Shown here: piece after piece, positions 62,858-64,000 of the stretch
Layout: each line of letters opens with the position of its first letter
Numbering within the stretch: position 1 is the stretch's first letter
NCBI GenBank assembly: GCA_024137785.1
Contig: JAHRHZ010000048.1
Coordinates: 10,448,168 to 10,512,167, forward strand
DNA: 64,000 nucleotides
DNA from: Ginglymostoma cirratum
Taxonomy: Eukaryota
Reading direction: 5' to 3'
Translations under genes and position numbers: made by a program
The notes under the pieces: model-generated
Told to the model about the DNA's origin: nothing
The model's input: the letters and a program-made list of their open reading frames with translations, nothing else
Database searches by the model: none

Positions 62858-64000
62858 TACAAGGGTAGTAATCTCTGGATTACTCCCGGTGTCAAGTGCT
62901 GGTGTGTGTAGGAAGAGGAAGAAAGGGCAGATGAATATGTGAGAGAGGAAGTGGTGCAGGAGGCAGGGATTCAGAATTTTGGGTCATTGGGATCATTTCT
63001 GGGGCAGAATTCACCTGTACAAGAAGGGCAGGTTCCCCTGAACTGGAGGAGGTACAATATTCTGGCAGGGAGATTTACCAGAGCTACTCGGGAGGGTTTA
63101 AACTAGCCTGCAGGGGATGGGACACTAAGCAGCAGTGAGATAACAGAGAAGGTTGAGGCTGGTACAGAAGGTTAAAGAGAGTAAGTTAAAAATACAAGAC
63201 AGACAAGAGCATGGCAAAGAATGAGGGAAGACTGATGAATTAAAGTGCATTTATTTCTATGCAAGACACCTGACAGGTTAGGCAGATGAACTCAGGGCAT
63301 GTTTGAGAAGATGGCACTGGGATATCTTAGCTATTACAGAAATATGTCTGAGGGAGGGATAGATCTGGCAGCTCTGGGATGCAGACTCTACAGGAAGGAC
63401 AGGAGGAGAGAAAAGAGAGGGAGGAGTGCTGCTTTTGATTATGGAAAACGTCACGGCAGTACTTAGAAACGATATTCCTGGGAAATTGTCCTGTGAAGCT
63501 ATATGGGTTAAACTGAGAAATAAGAAGGAACTGATTATTATGAAGGGATTGCATTACAAGCCCCTCAATACTCAGTGGGAATTTGTGGAGCAAATATGCA
63601 GGGAGATTACAGATAGCTGTAAGAATAATAGGGTTGTGACAATAGGGGATTTTAATGTTCCAAATTGCCATAATGTTAAGTACTTGGATGGGGAGGAATT
63701 TCTTAAGTGTGTTCAAAGAAATTTTCTCAGACAATATGTAGGTGGCTGTACCAGAGAAGAGAGAAAATTCAACCCCCTTTTGGGAAATATGTCAGGGCAA
63801 ATGACTGAGGTGTTTGTGAGGGAGCACTTTGGGACCTGTTAAAGTTTTAAATTGAGGCTAGACCAATTTTGATGGTATTAGACAGGAACTTTCAAAAGTA
63901 GATTGGGAGATGCTGTTTGCAGGAAAATGAATGTCTGGCAAATGGGAGGCTTTCAAAAGCGAGAAAATGAGAGTTTGGGGGCAACATGTTCCTGTTAGTG
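62858..64000 (+). mobile_element. CR1 LINE fragment spanning the ORF1 end (SGNH esterase-like) and ORF2 APE endonuclease; runs off the window
   Basis: RVVISGLLPV..KWCRRQGFRILGHWDHFWG..LYKKG..LNW..ILAGRF..GLN*; then CIYFYAR..WDILAITEICL..RKDR..GGVLLLI..EAIWVKL..VTIGDFNVP. Confidence 0.9.

Noticed and set aside
1-64000. CRISPR array, operon or prokaryotic defence system
   Set aside because: No regularly spaced repeats and no gene-dense region; the sequence is vertebrate non-coding DNA, and the RT and GIY-YIG motifs belong to retrotransposons.

Overview
This is AT-rich eukaryotic non-coding DNA. The repeat content points to a cartilaginous fish, most likely a shark (inference). I can support no intact host protein-coding gene, rRNA, true tRNA gene or CRISPR array. 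Nearly all ORF-track entries are noise or transposon debris. The window holds many decayed CR1 and L2 LINE fragments, DeuSINE-type and other tRNA-derived SINEs, several PIF/Harbinger transposon remnants (transposase and Myb/SANT partner), and two clades of Penelope-like elements (PLEs). The most notable signal is the PLE set. At least seven 3' ends carry minimal hammerhead-ribozyme-like motifs (CUGANGA-stem II-GAAAC-NUH). Several are arranged as fold-back mini-elements. One Penelope copy has a target-site-duplicated 5' inversion with the geometry expected from twin priming. Two long repeat-poor stretches (about 1-7.9 kb and 36.2-46.7 kb) look like conserved regulatory DNA. Family assignments come from manual translation and recalled motifs, not database searches, and the ends of decayed repeats are approximate.
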